Origin: Chiloscyllium plagiosum
Taxonomy: Eukaryota
DNA: 64,000 bases
Assembly: GCF_004010195.1 (NCBI RefSeq)
Contig: NC_057755.1
Coordinates: 6,183,474 to 6,247,473 of the forward strand
Direction: 5' to 3'
Shown here piece by piece: positions 38,424-51,662 of the stretch (its first letter is position 1; every line of letters begins with the position of its first letter). The position numbers and the translations under genes are program-made. The notes under the pieces were generated by a model. It had not been told where the DNA came from, did no database searches, and saw only the letters and a list, made by a program, of their open reading frames with translations.

Positions 38424-39999
38424 ATAATTAATATTTGGGGTACAAGTAAGTTATGGTTTGGCCACATAAAAAAACGCTTCTTAGTGGCTCCAGATCTCAC
38501 AGAATTATGGTAGTGATGCAAACTGATTTGGAAATTCTAACTCGAATGCTGAGGTGTGGCAACTATCGATGATGTACACCATTGCAGTGACACGGGAGAG
38601 CTGAACGCTGCTGATGTTCCAACAGTGGAAAGAAGGTAACTTTAAATCTGTGGAGGAGAAATTCCAATCCTGTATATGAAAATGTGAAGCAATAAAAAGA
38701 TCCTGCTATTTATCACCTTGCATACTGTTGATGAAATTTTATGTATCATGAAAAAGGAACGGGTGTTGAGAAAAGGAATCGTTCAAGGTCTTATTGAATG
38801 TTCATGTAAGCCCAAAGGCTTGAATGCATCCTTTTGCTCCTGTATTTTTATGTTCAACGTTTTCCCAATACTGCAAAAAATGAAATGTTCTTAATGTCAA
38901 ATGGATCTTGTAAATGATAATTACCCTGTTGTAACCCAAGACGTAATGGACGTGGAATTTGTTCTTGTATGGTAATATGGTAAACGCATCAAGACTCCTG
39001 CTACATTTTATACACTGCCCTTATCCTGAAATAATCACCAACCGTTCAACATAATATTGACTTTTGATGCCTTCCATGCATCATTTTCAAATTCGGATCA
39101 CTCCCAAAGCTCTTCCACAAGGTATTGCTGCAGACGAGGGTTCTGCAATTCTTGATACACTTACATGTATTCAAATGAAGAATGGCAGGTGTTATGAATA
39201 GAGACTGAAATTGATGGAGAAACTCAGCAGTTCTGTCAGCACGTGTGGGGAGAGAGAAGAAAACGTAAACTTAAAAGGTTGGGGAGTACTCACTCGAATT
39301 TAAACTGATGGTGCCGACTGTACGCTCCATCCAAGTGCCATGATTTTATATAATTCTATCAGGACTCTCAGCAGGGTCCACTGCTCTCTGGTAAACAATC
39401 CAATTTCGTTCAATCTCGCCTTAAAGATCATGCACAAGAATCCAGACAAACCTGTTTTTCACTCTGCAGAAGGCCAGCTTTGTTCACCAGAATTGCACGC
39501 ATTACTCGAAATATGACTCAATTAAAGTTTTATAGAGCTGCAACAGGATTTCGTACCTGTTATACTCACTTACCCGACTGATGAAGTAACGTATGCCAAA
39601 CATCAGCTTTAAGATCTCATCTCTGTCTGTTGCGAATCCTGAAAATACTGACATTGGTACTTGGGAAATTCTTAGAATGTAAATATGTAAAATGCATGAC
39701 TCTTGCTTTGTGGAGCAACCATAATGACCTTCGAAATATGACAAAATGAAAACTGTCATGATTTTAACATGACAGAGAGATATATACAGGTGGTTTGATA
39801 GTTGGTCTGAATACAATCAAGGGACAACTTCACTTAGTACCCTTTAGGAAAGCATTAGTACAAGTCCCATAACTTGTCTCTTTACTAAATGTTTCCGTAA
39901 GAAAGGAATCCCAACACCAGTTTCCTCTCGGCAGAATATTGTTGTAAATTGAAGGTGATATTCTATGAAGTGTCGAATGCCTAATAATAACGTTACTAG

Positions 40000-40590
40000 G
40001 CAAAAGTGAGGACTGCAGATGCTGAAAATCAGAGTCCAGATTAGAGTGGTGCTGGAAGAGCACAGCATGTCAGGCAGCATCCGAGGAGCAGGACAATCGA
40101 CGTTTCGGGCAAAAACCCTTCATCGAGACTGAAGGCAGGGAGTCTCCAGGATGGAGAGATAAATTGGAGGCGATTTGTGGGTGGAGAGAATGTAGCAAAG
40201 AGTACAATAGCTGGATGGGGTAGGAATGAAGGTGATAGGTCAGACAGGAGGGTGGGGGGAGTTAGCAAAGACTGCAATGGGTGGATGGGGGCAGGTATGA
40301 CAGATCATGAAGATGGCGCTGAGCTTTGATGTTGGAACAGGGGTAAGGTGGGGGGGTGCGGTAATGAGGAATCTGGTGAAGTCCACATTGATGCCCAAGG
40401 GATTGAAGCGTTCCAAGGTGGAAAATGAGGCGTTCTTCCTCCAGGCGTCAGGTGGTGAGGGAGCAGTGGTGGAGGAGGACCAGACCTGCATGTTCTCGGC
40501 AGAGTGTGAGGGGGAGTTGAAATGTTGGGCCATGGGGAGTGGGATTGATTGGTGCCGTTGTCCCGGAGATTTTCCCTAAAGCTCTCTGCG
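40000..40590 (-). mobile_element. 5'-truncated Penelope-like element
   Basis: AQHFNSPSHSA and GINVDF, homologous to 14580-15127, with a mutated hammerhead core at ~40098-40126. Confidence 0.88.
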
Positions 40591-41359
40591 TATCCACAAC
40601 CTTACGAGTTCAATGGAATCTGTGTGTCGACTTGAAGCAACTAGATGCAACGTTTGTGGAAACAGCTGTGTTTTATCATTTCGATCTCTGACTCCAGCCT
40701 GTGCATTGATGATAGATAAGGAAGAATTTGGTTATCCAATAAAATTAATTACAGCGTAATATTTCCAGGTGCATCAAACTTTCATATAGCGATTGAAAGT
40801 TGGACCATTATATCTTTCTGATTGAACGCACTGTTGTCATTGGCCCCAGCAGTGGCAGAGTGTCTTTAACTTAGCTGCAAGTGAGGCATTGCACTTTGCT
40901 TAGGTGAATTAGCGCAGCCTTCGGGGCATTGCCAGACGAAGTGAGCTTAGGATGTAGATTCACAGTTGCTTAAAGCTGGATTCACAGGTAGATGGGGACT
41001 GAACACAAAACACTTGTGTTTGTTAGTATTCATTGAAATTATGTTGCGACTGAAAAGAACATTTGTTAGACCATGTTTGAAACATTGCATTCAGTTCTGC
41101 TCTCAGAGATATATGACAGATGTGTTTTAAGCCTGCAAGTCTTCTGGAATAAAAACAAATAGGTATGTTGCCAATATTGGAAAGATCGAGATATCGGAAG
41201 AGGCTGGATAGGCTGAGATATTTTCCCTGTAATGCCGGAGGTTAAGTTTGATAAAATAATGATGAACGTTGATACAGATAATTGCCAAAGTCTTTTTCCC
41301 AGGGGAGGGAGAGTCCAAAATCACAGCACATAGTTTATTGTGACGGAGAAACGATCACA

Positions 41360-43808
41360 GGAATGTGCTGGTAGACAGCAAGCTGGTTTGAAACGTGTCT
41401 ACTTCAACGCCAGAAATATCCGAAATAAGGAAGGTGAGTTTGCAGTGTGGATCGGCACTTCGATGTTATGGTCATTTTGGAGACATTGATAGAGCAGGGT
41501 AAGGAATCGGTGTTGCAGGTTCAGGGTTTAGAGCTTTCATTAAGAACAGGCAAAACGGTAAAAGAGAGGGAGATTTGACCTTGTTAGCCAAGGAGAGTAC
41601 AACGGTGGCTGAAACATCTTTTGAAGAGAACTCGTCTCCTGAGGTAGTGTGGGCTGAGGTTAGAAACAGAAGAGGAGAGGTAACACTGCTTGGAGATTTT
41701 CACTAGCCTCTGCAGAGTTGCAGGGAGGTGGAAGAGAGGATTGGCAAAATAATTATTGGTAGGAGTGAAAGGAACATGGTGGTCATTTCGGGTCAACTTA
41801 ACTTGTCCAATATTGATGGAAATGCTATAACTGTAGTACGTCGAGTGGGTCAGTTTTTGTCCAATGTGTACAGAAGGTTTTCCGAACACAGAACGTCGAA
41901 GGGCCGACAAGAGGTGAGGTCACATTGGATATGATGCTTGGAAATGAAGCAGGCCAGGTGCTTGATTTAGTTGTAGGCGAACACTTTGGAGAGAGTGACC
42001 ATAATTCAGCTACGAATAGTTTAGCGATGGAAAAGGAAAGGTACATGCCACGCATCAGGAACTATCGATGGGGCAACGGCAATTATAGTCGACAGGAATA
42101 GTGCCAGAAGACTGGAGGATAGCAAATGTGGTTATCCTGTTCAAGAAGGGTAATAGAGACAACCCGATAATTATAGACCAGTGAGCCTTACTTCAGTTGT
42201 TGGTAATATGTTGGAAAAGGTTATAAGGGATAGGATTTATAATCATCTAAAAAAATAATAATTTGATTAGGAATATGCAGCACGGTATTGTGAGGGGTTG
42301 ATCGTGCCTCACAGACCTTATTGAGTTATTTGAGAAGGTGACCAAAAAGGTAGATGAGAGTAAACCAGTTGATGTGGTATACAGGGATTTCAGCAAGGCG
42401 TTTGATAAGGTTCCCAACAGTAGGCTATTGTACAAAATGCAGAGGAATGGGATTGTGGGAGATATAACAGTTTGGATCAGTAATTGGCTTGCTGAAAGAA
42501 GACAAAGCTTGGTGGTTGATTGGAAATTTTCATCCAGGAGTCCAGTTACTCGTGCTGTACCGCAAGGGTCGGTTTTGGGTCCACTGCTCTTCATCGTTTT
42601 TATAAACGGCCTGGATGAGGGAGTAGAAGGGTGGGTTAGTAAATTTGCAGATGACGCTAAGGTTAGTGGAGTTGTGGATAGTGACGAAGGATATTTTAGG
42701 TTACAGAGAGACATAGATAAGCTGCAGAGCTGGGCTGAGAGGTGGCAAATGGAATTAATGCGGACAAGTGAGGCAATTCACTTTGGTCGGAGTAACCAGA
42801 ATGCAATGTACTAGACTAATGGTAAGATTCTTGGTAGTGTAGATGAGTAGAGAGATCTCGGTGTCCATGTACACAGATCCTTGAAAGTTGACACTCAGGT
42901 TGACAGAAAGCTTACGGTGTTTAAGCTTTTATTAATTGACGGATCGAGTCCGGAACCATGAGGTTATGTTGCAGCTGTACAAAACTCTGCTGCGGCCGTA
43001 CTTGAAGTATTGTGTGCAGTTCTGTTCACCACATTATAAGGATGTAGAAGTTTTGGAAAAGGTGCAGAGGAGATTCACTAGGATGTTGCCAGTTATGGAG
43101 GGAAGGTCTTCCGAGGAAAGGCTGAGGGACTTGAGGCTGTTTTCGTTAGCGAGAACAAGGTTAAGAGGTGGCTCAATAGAGACATGTAAAATAATCAGAG
43201 TTTTAGATAGGGTGGACAGCGAGAGCCTTTTTTCCAAGTATGGTGATGTTGAGCACGAGGGGGCATAGCTTTAAATTGAGGGGTGTTAGATACAGGACAG
43301 TTGTCAGAGGTAGTTTCTTTACTCAGAGAGTAGTAACGATATGGAATACTTTGCCTGAAACGGAGTAGTTTCAACAACTTTAAGTACATTTAAGTCTTCA
43401 TTTGACAAGCAAATGGACCTACATGGAATAGTGTAGGTTAGATGGGTTTCAGATTGGTATGACAGGTCGGCGCAACAATGAGGGCTGAAGAGCCTGTACT
43501 GCGCTGTAATGTTCTATTTTCTACTTATAATGCGATTAGGCAAGAATTAGGAATCATAGAATGGGGTAGCAAAATGCAGGGGATGCAGACAATGTAAATG
43601 TGGAGCTGGTTTAAGGAACAGATATTGCGTGTCCTTGATAGGTATGTCCCTGTCAGGTAGGAGGCTTATGTGTTGATGAGACAAGATTGTTCAGATGAGC
43701 GATGGAGAGTTTCAGATCAGCTAAGAATGATTAAAAGAGAGTATTAAGAAGAGCAAAGAGAGGACACGAGCATTCTTTAGCAAATAGAATAAAGGAGAAC
43801 CCTAAAGA
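41360..43808 (+). mobile_element. CR1 LINE endonuclease region hosting a nested CR1; 3' part missing
   Basis: CVYFNARNIRNK at ~41395 and LGESDHNS at ~41985. The host resumes after the insert (NAIRQELG at 43530) and stops abruptly at RIKENPK (~43808). Confidence 0.85.
42088..43529 (+). mobile_element. Nested 5'-truncated CR1 LINE (RT plus 3' UTR)
   Basis: YRPVSLTSV, DFSKAFDKVP, VPQGSVLGPLLF and KFADD; tail gttctattttcta; flanked by TTATA at 42083-42087 and 43525-43529. Confidence 0.92.
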
Positions 43809-43919
43809 TAATGAAATTTTAAATTCTGATTGGGATTTGGTATTAAAATGCTGCATCCTACTCACTGGGCAAAGGAATTAATTAAATTAACAGATACTAC
43901 TTTCCTTTCTGTCTTGCAA

Positions 43920-44797
43920 TTAATTTAGTGGCATTTTTGATCCTCTCTTGCAGAACGTGTTGTCTCTCAGAGTGCACCACTTTCTACCGGATGGCCATAG
44001 CATTGGCAGACCTACTTTCCATTATCACTGAGGTTATTCTGTGGCGGATCAGTTATTATTATTTCCCAGGGGATCTGGTATGCAATATTATCAACGTCCT
44101 GAGTAGTGTAGCCACTGCCTATTCTGTATGGTTCACTGACACTTTCTCTTTTCTCTTTCTGTTGCCAGAAATTGAAAACAGAGTTTTGTACATGGAAAAA
44201 TGCAATGGCAATTCTAATGACAGCAAGCGTTCTGTTTTGTTTAAAGAATGTTCTGAATTACTTCACAGTTGAAGCTTGATTGGTCATTGAACGTGTCCCC
44301 TGTTTCTGTGATTATAAAGCAGAGAACGTTTCTTAGCCTGAGTGGGGTGGAATTCGATTGGTTTGATACACTCTTCACTCCATTGCTTCCATTTGTTTTA
44401 ATTCTGTTGCACAATGCTCTTACACCTAGACACATTTTAATGGCTGGTCCAAAAGAGATTGATGAGTCAGAGAAAGAAAATGAGTGATAGTGACCCAGAG
44501 ATGGAGAGCAGGAGGAAGTCTGTGATTTTACTCTTCGCAATGAGTGGAAGTTTCGTTCTTCTATGGCAAACTTATGTTATAGACAATTCATTTTATGATA
44601 TTACAGAAACGGATCCCAAAGAATACACAGATTCAGAAAGCATTTTTGAAAATGTTGCAGATATGCTTCAGGTTTTGAGCTGCTGCACAAACACATTCAT
44701 CTATGGGGCGACTAAGTCTAACTTCAGAGAACAGTTAACAATGTTGATGAAATTTCCAATTACATCAATCAACAAAATGATTCAGAAACAAAACTGA
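43920..44797 (+). pseudogene. GPR139/GPR142-like pseudogene (copy 4), exon 2
   Basis: NLVAFLILS..C.LSECT, ALADLL, SVWFT, LLPFVLILL.NAL, DPEMESRRKSVILLF and SCCTNTFIYGAT are present. The acceptor AG is changed to AA (43918-43919), the DRF motif is deleted, and there are several frameshifts and stops. Exon 1 was not found. Confidence 0.9.
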
Positions 44798-44959
44798 AAA
44801 CATCACAGAGGCAAATTGCAATGCTTCCCGTTCTGAATGAGATACGCACACCGTTCTCATAGGTCAACCACACCAATGAGCATCGGGCATTGTTCATTTT
44901 TTGTGTGGAGGTACATTAGAAACTTAGAAGAACTGAGCTATTTTATGAAGTACTCTATC

Positions 44960-45240
44960 TATTAGCCTGTGCACTCGTGTGGTTGCATGCGTGTGTGGGA
45001 GAGACTGTGCATATGGAAGCATTATGTGTACTTGTTTTGTGTCTATGTGCATTTCTGGATCTGACTGTGCTTGTGAATGAGTGAGTGTGTGTGGATGAGT
45101 GTACATGGATGTGTACACGTGTGTGCCTGGCCGCTTGTATTTATATGCAAGAGTCTGTGAGTGTGCATGTGTGGATGTGTATGTTTGTGTGTGTGTATAT
45201 ATATAGTGTGAATGTGTGAGTTGATATATGTCTGTGTGTC
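44960..45240. repeat. TG-rich low-complexity tract
   Basis: Imperfect (TG)n. Confidence 0.8.
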
Positions 45241-45699
45241 AGAGTTTTTGGCTTGTAGTGAGTCATCAAGTTGCAGAATCAATCAGCTTACACAGATCTA
45301 AATGGGCAACTGCAGCTAACATTTCCATATATATATAGAAAGATATGTATACATATATATGTAAAACTTTTATACATATCTTTGAAAGACCATTGTTCTT
45401 TTATTTCCAATGTGAAATCACTGGTCTCTGACCGTCCAAATCCAGATTGTACTGTGAGTGATTTCTGTGGTACAAGACCAGAGTAAGGGCTTGGCTAGGA
45501 ACGTATATTTATTAAACAGGCACAATCTGGATATTGCGACCTCGAGTCCTGGCATATAAGTTGGTGAATTCAATTTGAAGGAAACATTTTATCTCTTCAT
45601 TCTCTGATATCACAACTAACTGTGATTTATCTGATTTTTATGTTTCCATCTATTGATGATAATATTCAATTCCATTACTTGACAAGAATTTGTCTCGAT

Positions 45700-46055
45700 T
45701 TAGATTAGATTCCCTACAATAGGGAAAAAGGCCATTTGGCCCAACAGGTCCAGACAGACCCAGATACATTCCCCTAGATTATATTTACCCCTGAGGAGAA
45801 CGTGAGGACTGCAGATGCTGGAGTACAAGAGTTGAAAAATGTGGTGCTGGAAAAACACAGCAGGCCAGGCAGCATCCGAGGAGCAGGAGAATCGACATTT
45901 CGAGCATAAGCCCTTCTTATGCCCGAAACGTCGATTCTTCTGCACCTCAGATGCTATATTTACCCGTAACTATTGCACCTAACACTATGGGCAATTTAGC
46001 ATGACCAAATAACCTGACCGTCACATCTTTGGATTCTGGGAGGAAGCCGAAGCAA
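45700..46055 (-). mobile_element. HE1-type SINE fragment interrupted by a Penelope terminal insert
   Basis: SINE tail at 45700-45790 and body at 45966-46055. The insert at 45791-45954 is flanked by an 11-bp direct repeat, tatatttaccc. Confidence 0.8.
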
Positions 46056-46059
46056 ATAA

Positions 46060-46750
46060 CAAAGAACAAACAAAATTAAAGCACAGGAACATGCCCTTTA
46101 ACCCTCTAAGCCTACGCTGATTCAGATCTTCTATCTAAAATTGCTGCCTATTTTCTAAAGATTTGTATCCTTTTGCTCGCTGCCCATTGAATTATCTGTC
46201 CAGATACATCTTAAATAACGCTATCATTCGTGCCTCTACTACCTCCTCTGATAATGTGTTCCAGGCCCCCACCAAAGTCTGCACAATAACTTTCGACACA
46301 TATCTCCCCGAACCCTTTCTCCTCTCATTTTGAATTCGTGATCCCCAGTCGTTGAGTTCCACACTCTTGTAAAACGCTTCTCGATTATCCAAACTGTCTA
46401 TACCTCTCATGAGTTGTAGACCTCAATAGGGTCCGCTTCAACCTCCGTCTTTCTAATGAAAATAATCCTAACCTATTCAAGATCACTTCAGAGATAGCAG
46501 CCAACATACCAGACAACATCCTGGTGAACGTCTTCTGTACGTTCTCCAAATCATCCACATACTTTCTGTTAATATCGTAACCAGAACTGTACGCCATATT
46601 CCAAATGTTGTCTAACCAAAGTCCGATACAACTGTAGCATGACGTGCCAACTCTTGTACTCAATACCCCGTCCAATGAAAAAAAAAATGCCTTATGCCTC
46701 CTTGAACACTATACTGACCTGCGTTGCCAGCTTCAGGGAACAATGATCCT
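46060..46750 (-). mobile_element. CR1 LINE 3' fragment
   Basis: LENVQKTFTRML..LGLFSLERRRL and VGAWNTLSEEVVEA. Confidence 0.8.
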
Positions 46751-47049
46751 GAGCATCCAGATCTCTCTGTAAACAATGGAATTGAACAACCAGATCTCGC
46801 TGCAATCACCCAGGCCTCTCTGTAACGGTCTATGGGCAATTTCAAAATGATCAATGATTCAGCGTCCACTACCTTCTGAGGCAGAGAGTCTATCCTGGAG
46901 AGAAACGAATTCCGCTCATCACTGTCCTAACAGCGTGTATTTCATTTTTAACAGAGTCCCCTGCAGTTGTGGATCCATCAAAAATAAATATATGTCCTTA
47001 TCGTTTCCAACTTGATAAATGTATTCAGAATATCACAACATATGAGCAT

Positions 47050-47640
47050 ACAACATTACGATGCATTACAAGCCCTTTTGCACCCTTTGTTGCGCCAACG
47101 TGTAAAACCATTCTAAAGCCCACTTAGCCTACACTATTCCATTTTTAGCCATATGTCTATCCAATGACAAGTCAAATGCCCTGAAAGTTGGCGAGTCTAC
47201 CACTGCTGGACGCAGTGCGTTCCACACATCTACTTTTCATTGAGTAAAGAAACTACCTCTGACATCTGTCCTGAATCTATCAGCCTTCAATTTAAAGCTA
47301 TTTCCACTCGTGCTAGCCAGCACCATCCGAGGAAATGACTCACACTGTCCACCTTATCTAACCCGCTGATTATCTGATAAGTCTCTCCTCAGTCACCTCT
47401 CAACCTTTTTCTCTGTAGCGAAAACAACTGCGAGTCCCTCAATTTTTCTTCATAACACCTTCCCTCTATACCAGGAAAAATCCTCGCAAATATCCTCTGA
47501 ACTCTTTCCAAAGCTTCCACATCCTTCCTATAATGTGTCGACCAGACCTTCACACAATATGTCAAGTGCAGTCCCATAAGGGTTTTCTGCAGCTGCAGCA
47601 TGACCTCATGGTTCCAAACCTCAAACTCTCAACTAATAAT
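47050..47640 (-). mobile_element. CR1 LINE 3' fragment
   Basis: MLQLQKTL..YCVKVWS.HYRKDVEALERVQR; same family as 42088-43529. Confidence 0.85.
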
Positions 47641-48439
47641 AAACTGAAGAACTATTTTATGTTCAATTCCTGTAAAGAATCTAATATAATCACTTGTTGC
47701 ATGTGCATACCAAGGTAATGCATCTTGTACTGGAATTCCCAGATCCATCTGTACTGAACAATTCTGCTGTTACTCAATCTCTAAATTATTTTTCTTTATT
47801 CTTTCTACTACCTTCATATTCTCCCAAATTATATCCTGTCTGCCAGATATTTTCCCTCTCACTTAACTCATCCCTGCAGGTCGTCATGCTTCTTCGCAAT
47901 AGGCTTCATAAGCTATCATAGTTTCATACAGATGTCCATCACGATAAGATACTCTTCAGTCCAACTCGTCCTTGCCAACCAGATATTTATCATAGTCATT
48001 GAATCATACAGCAGAGAGGAGACTCTTGAGCTCATTGAGTTTGTGCTCATCTAACTGCACTAATCCCACTCTCCAGAACTTGACCTACAGCCTTCAATGT
48101 TGTGATATTTCAAGTGGTCACCCAGGTAATTTATAATGATTGCGATGCGTCATACATGTGTCGCCCTCCCCGACAGTACATTGCAGACCCTTAGAACTCT
48201 CTGAGTGGAAACACTTTTCCTCAATCTTCTTCAATGCCTCTGCCTTTCACTTTTCAAAAATGTCCCTTTTCATTCACACTTCAAATGAGGAGAACAACTG
48301 CTTCCTGTATATCGTGTCATCGAGTCACAGTCCTATAGCACGGAGAATGACCCTTCGGCCCTAACGGGTCCATGCCGACTAATATATCTATCCACACTAA
48401 CGCCATTTCCCCGCACTTGGCAGGGAACTTTTGGAGACG

Positions 48440-48830
48440 AGGGCGGCATTGGGTCGGGGGATGTCGTCTTTTTGAGGTGTATAAGATCACGACAACATGG
48501 ATAGGGTGAATACACTCCGTCTTTTCCCCAGGGTTCGTGATTAGAGATTAGAGGGCACCAGTTTAAGGTGAGAGGAGAAAGAATAAAAGGGAAACTTGAG
48601 GGCAACATTTTTTGGACTGAGGGCGATACGCATATGGGATGAGCTGCCAGCGGAAGTAGTTGAATATTTAAAAGATATTTGGACAAATACATGGATAGGA
48701 AAGGATTAGAAGGGTATAGGCAAAGTACAGAGAATTAAGGTTAGTGTGGACGGACATTTTGATCGGCATGGACCAGTTTGGGGTAAAGGGTCTGTTTCCA
48801 TTCTGTCAGACTCTGACTCCATGACTCAAT
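48440..48830 (+). mobile_element. CR1 LINE 3' end
   Basis: agagggcaccagtttaaggtgagagg, gatgagctgccagcggaag and tail ctctgactccatgact. Confidence 0.75.
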
Positions 48831-49619
48831 GACAAAGTTAGGCAGCAGATAGGACTATCAAATTACAAAGGGAGATTGATAGACTGGGTGAATGGAATAA
48901 ATAGTAGGAATCTATGACTCTTTATGAATGCACAAGTCTATTTGGACATCCACTGTATTTACCTTCATACCATCTAGAAATTACACTGACTATCCTTTCT
49001 AAATGGATGTATGTGTATCCCTTCCGATCTGTTGAAAGTGTCCCGTCCTTTGACGGTTCTAAATATGTTTGAAGAGGTGCCGTGGCAGAAAAAAAATGTT
49101 CTAACAGTTTGAGGCACTGCATTTGATCGAGTTTCTACATTGGTTCAGACTTGGAATTCATGTAAAATGTGTTATTGGCTGAATTCTGCCTTTGCTGGGC
49201 ACAAAGAATGCAGTTTTATTGTGACAAGCTCATAATTAGTTTTATGCAGGGCACTGACTTCCTGGAACGTAATGCAAAAATGCAGCTCCCTGAAATTGTT
49301 GCAATGAAAAAAGATTCAAGTTCATTAAAGATTTTCACAGAAAGAAGATTTGGACCAAAGATGGGACTGAGGTGTGTGAGGCCGTCTGAGATGGATAGTA
49401 CAATTAGGAATTAATTTGAGGGAAGAATACAATCTCCAATGTACATCCGATCATTAATACCGTGCGAAAGGAACATAAAGCCATAAGATAGAGGAGCAAG
49501 TGAGGCAATTCAGCCCGTCGAATCTAATCTGAATTTCGATCATGACTTATATGTTTCCAAAGTACATTTTCCTCCGTCTCCCTATAACGCTTGGTCCCGT
49601 TTTTGATCAAGTCCATTAC

Positions 49620-51250
49620 TGGGACTTCAGTGTGTTATTTAGAGGGAGAGTTTGGACAGGCTGACCAACAGGATCACCAACCTCTGATCATATTATACAG
49701 GCTGAGGCAGTTGTCTAACTTCCTTTGTTCTTTTTGTTACCAGTCCAAAGAACCTTCCTGGCTTGTCTGGTTTTTTTCTACATCTGGCTCTCTCCGAAAC
49801 TATCAAAACTTTGGTTTTATGTGGCACACTTTATTGCAATGAAAACACCAGAGTTTTTGAATATTCTTTCTCCCCCTGAAGGGGTTCATTTTACCCTGTG
49901 GTAAGTTATCCTTATGATCTTCACTAAGACCTACCTTTTCCTTTCCACGTGAAGATTTCTCTTTGCATCAAATTTCCATCCCTCATGGCCTAAATTGATT
50001 TTGGAAGCCAAACCAAGTTTTATGACCCAGCTCATAATCATCAGCCACTTCAGCTGCTAACCTTGCCGTTTAACTCTCTGCTCTTCCATATGAGTTCGCA
50101 CTAATTCAGGCAGTGAAATTTTTAATTCCTCCAAAATAAGTACCTCCATAAGGGTTTCATAAGTTTGCCTGATCTTTAAAGCTCTTATCTATCTATCGAA
50201 ATTACTCTGTTTGATCTTTTCAAACTCAATTTAGTTATGACCAAGGTCTCTCCTTCGATTCCAGAAATGTTGTCTATAAGCATCTAATACAAGCGCATAT
50301 GTACTTAAAATGGCTTTTTCTCACCTCCTCATACTCTCCAGATACTTCCTCTGATAATGATGCGAATACCTCACTAACCCTACCTACAAATTTCGTTTGC
50401 ATCAACAAAACCCACATGGCCATTGGTCTCTGCATTTAGAACATATAGAACATAGAACAATACAGCGCAGAACAGGCACTTCGGCCCTCGAAATTGCATC
50501 GACCTGTGAACTAATCTAAGCCCATCCCCCTACCCTAATCATCATCATCCATGTGTTTATGCAAGGATTGTTTAGATTTCCTTAATGTAGCTGAGTTAAC
50601 TACATTGGCAGGCAGGGCATTCTGCGCCCTTACCATTTGTTTAGCCACCTTTTCAAATGAGATGAAAAAGGCTTCCACATCCTTCTCAGCAAATTAAGGC
50701 AATGCTTGAACATAGTTAAACAGTTTCTCACTAGACTTCTGACTGCCAGGAGCTTGCTTATTTTCACTATCTTCCTCACTAAGCCTGCCCTCAGTCTTTA
50801 TCTGCAGTCGTTTTAAGTTGACTTTCCTTTTTAAGTGTCAGCTTTTGAAGTTCAAAAGCTATGTCCTTTTCTTTCTCTGGGTCTCATTTTTCCATCTCTT
50901 CTGCTGCTCTCTCTTCTCTCTGTTCTGCTTTGAAGCGTAACTCAAAGTATTCCATTCCTTTTCATGCCTTTTTCTTACCTCTCGCCTCTAACTCAAACTG
51001 CTTCATTTATCAATTGCATTTTTGCCGTATCTACAGAGTCTGATGTTTTCTCCAGCAAGTTTAAATGCAGAGCAACTGCTATAATTACCTCTCCTTTCAT
51101 CACAGAAGCAGACAGTTCCGATTCCAGTTGGTCTTCTAATTCCTGCCGTTTCTTCTTATTCTTCTTTTGCAAAACTTACAAAGTCACCACATCCACTTCC
51201 AGAAATGTTTTGGCGACTGAAAGAGCCAATACCATTCCAAGCTTTGTATA
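49620..51250 (-). mobile_element. Degraded Gypsy (Gmr1-like) gag with SCAN-like capsid and zinc knuckle
   Basis: VQALP*FAEKDVEAFFISFEKVAKQM..W, YEEVRKAILSTYALVLDAYRQHF, LILEELK.SLP, and WCFHCNKVCHIK (degenerate CCHC, ~49850-49815). Confidence 0.8.
50438..50638 (-). mobile_element. Short CR1 3' end inserted into gag
   Basis: (gttctat)n tail, flanked by CATTT at 50433-50437 and 50634-50638. Removing it restores VAKQMQRPM. Confidence 0.8.
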
Positions 51251-51299
51251 TGCAACCAAACCAACACCAAAATAAAGACACTAGACACCAGACCTGACT

Positions 51300-51662
51300 G
51301 ACGTTTACAAACTCTTGAAGGATATAGATAGGGTGGATAGAGGTAAGATTTTTCCCAGGGTGAAGGATTCAATAACGAGAAGTCATGCTTTCAAGGTGAG
51401 AGGTGGAAAGTTTAAGGGAGATACACGCAGCAAATAAATCACACAGAGGGTGGTGGGCATTTCGAACACATTGCCAGCAGAGGTAGGCATGGTAGATTCG
51501 TTTAAGATGCGTCTGGACAAATGCATGAGTAGGTGGGAAGCAGAAGGGTACAAATGCTTAGGAATTGACCAACAGGTTTAGACCATACATTTGGATCAGC
51601 CAAATTGGAGGGCCGAAGGGGCTGTTCCAGGGCTGGAAATTTTCTTTCTTCTTTGTTCTTTG
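51300..51662 (+). mobile_element. CR1 LINE 3' end
   Basis: tacaaactcttgaaggatatagatagggtggat..cacacagagggtggtgg..gggccgaagggg and tail tttcttctttgttcttt. Confidence 0.8.

Larger units (their letters stand above)
34087..41050. repeat. Old tandem segmental duplicate of ~27055-31700 (GPCR copy 2 unit), expanded by later insertions
   Basis: Colinear matches include ctagcatatgaagaagtgaa (27812 and 34824), ggttccattaat..ttagaatgcggg (~27470 and ~34515), agactaatact (29761 and 36731), ccaagatt..gcagact (~30450 and ~37727) and tttgtggagcaa (~31060 and ~39707). Confidence 0.85.
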
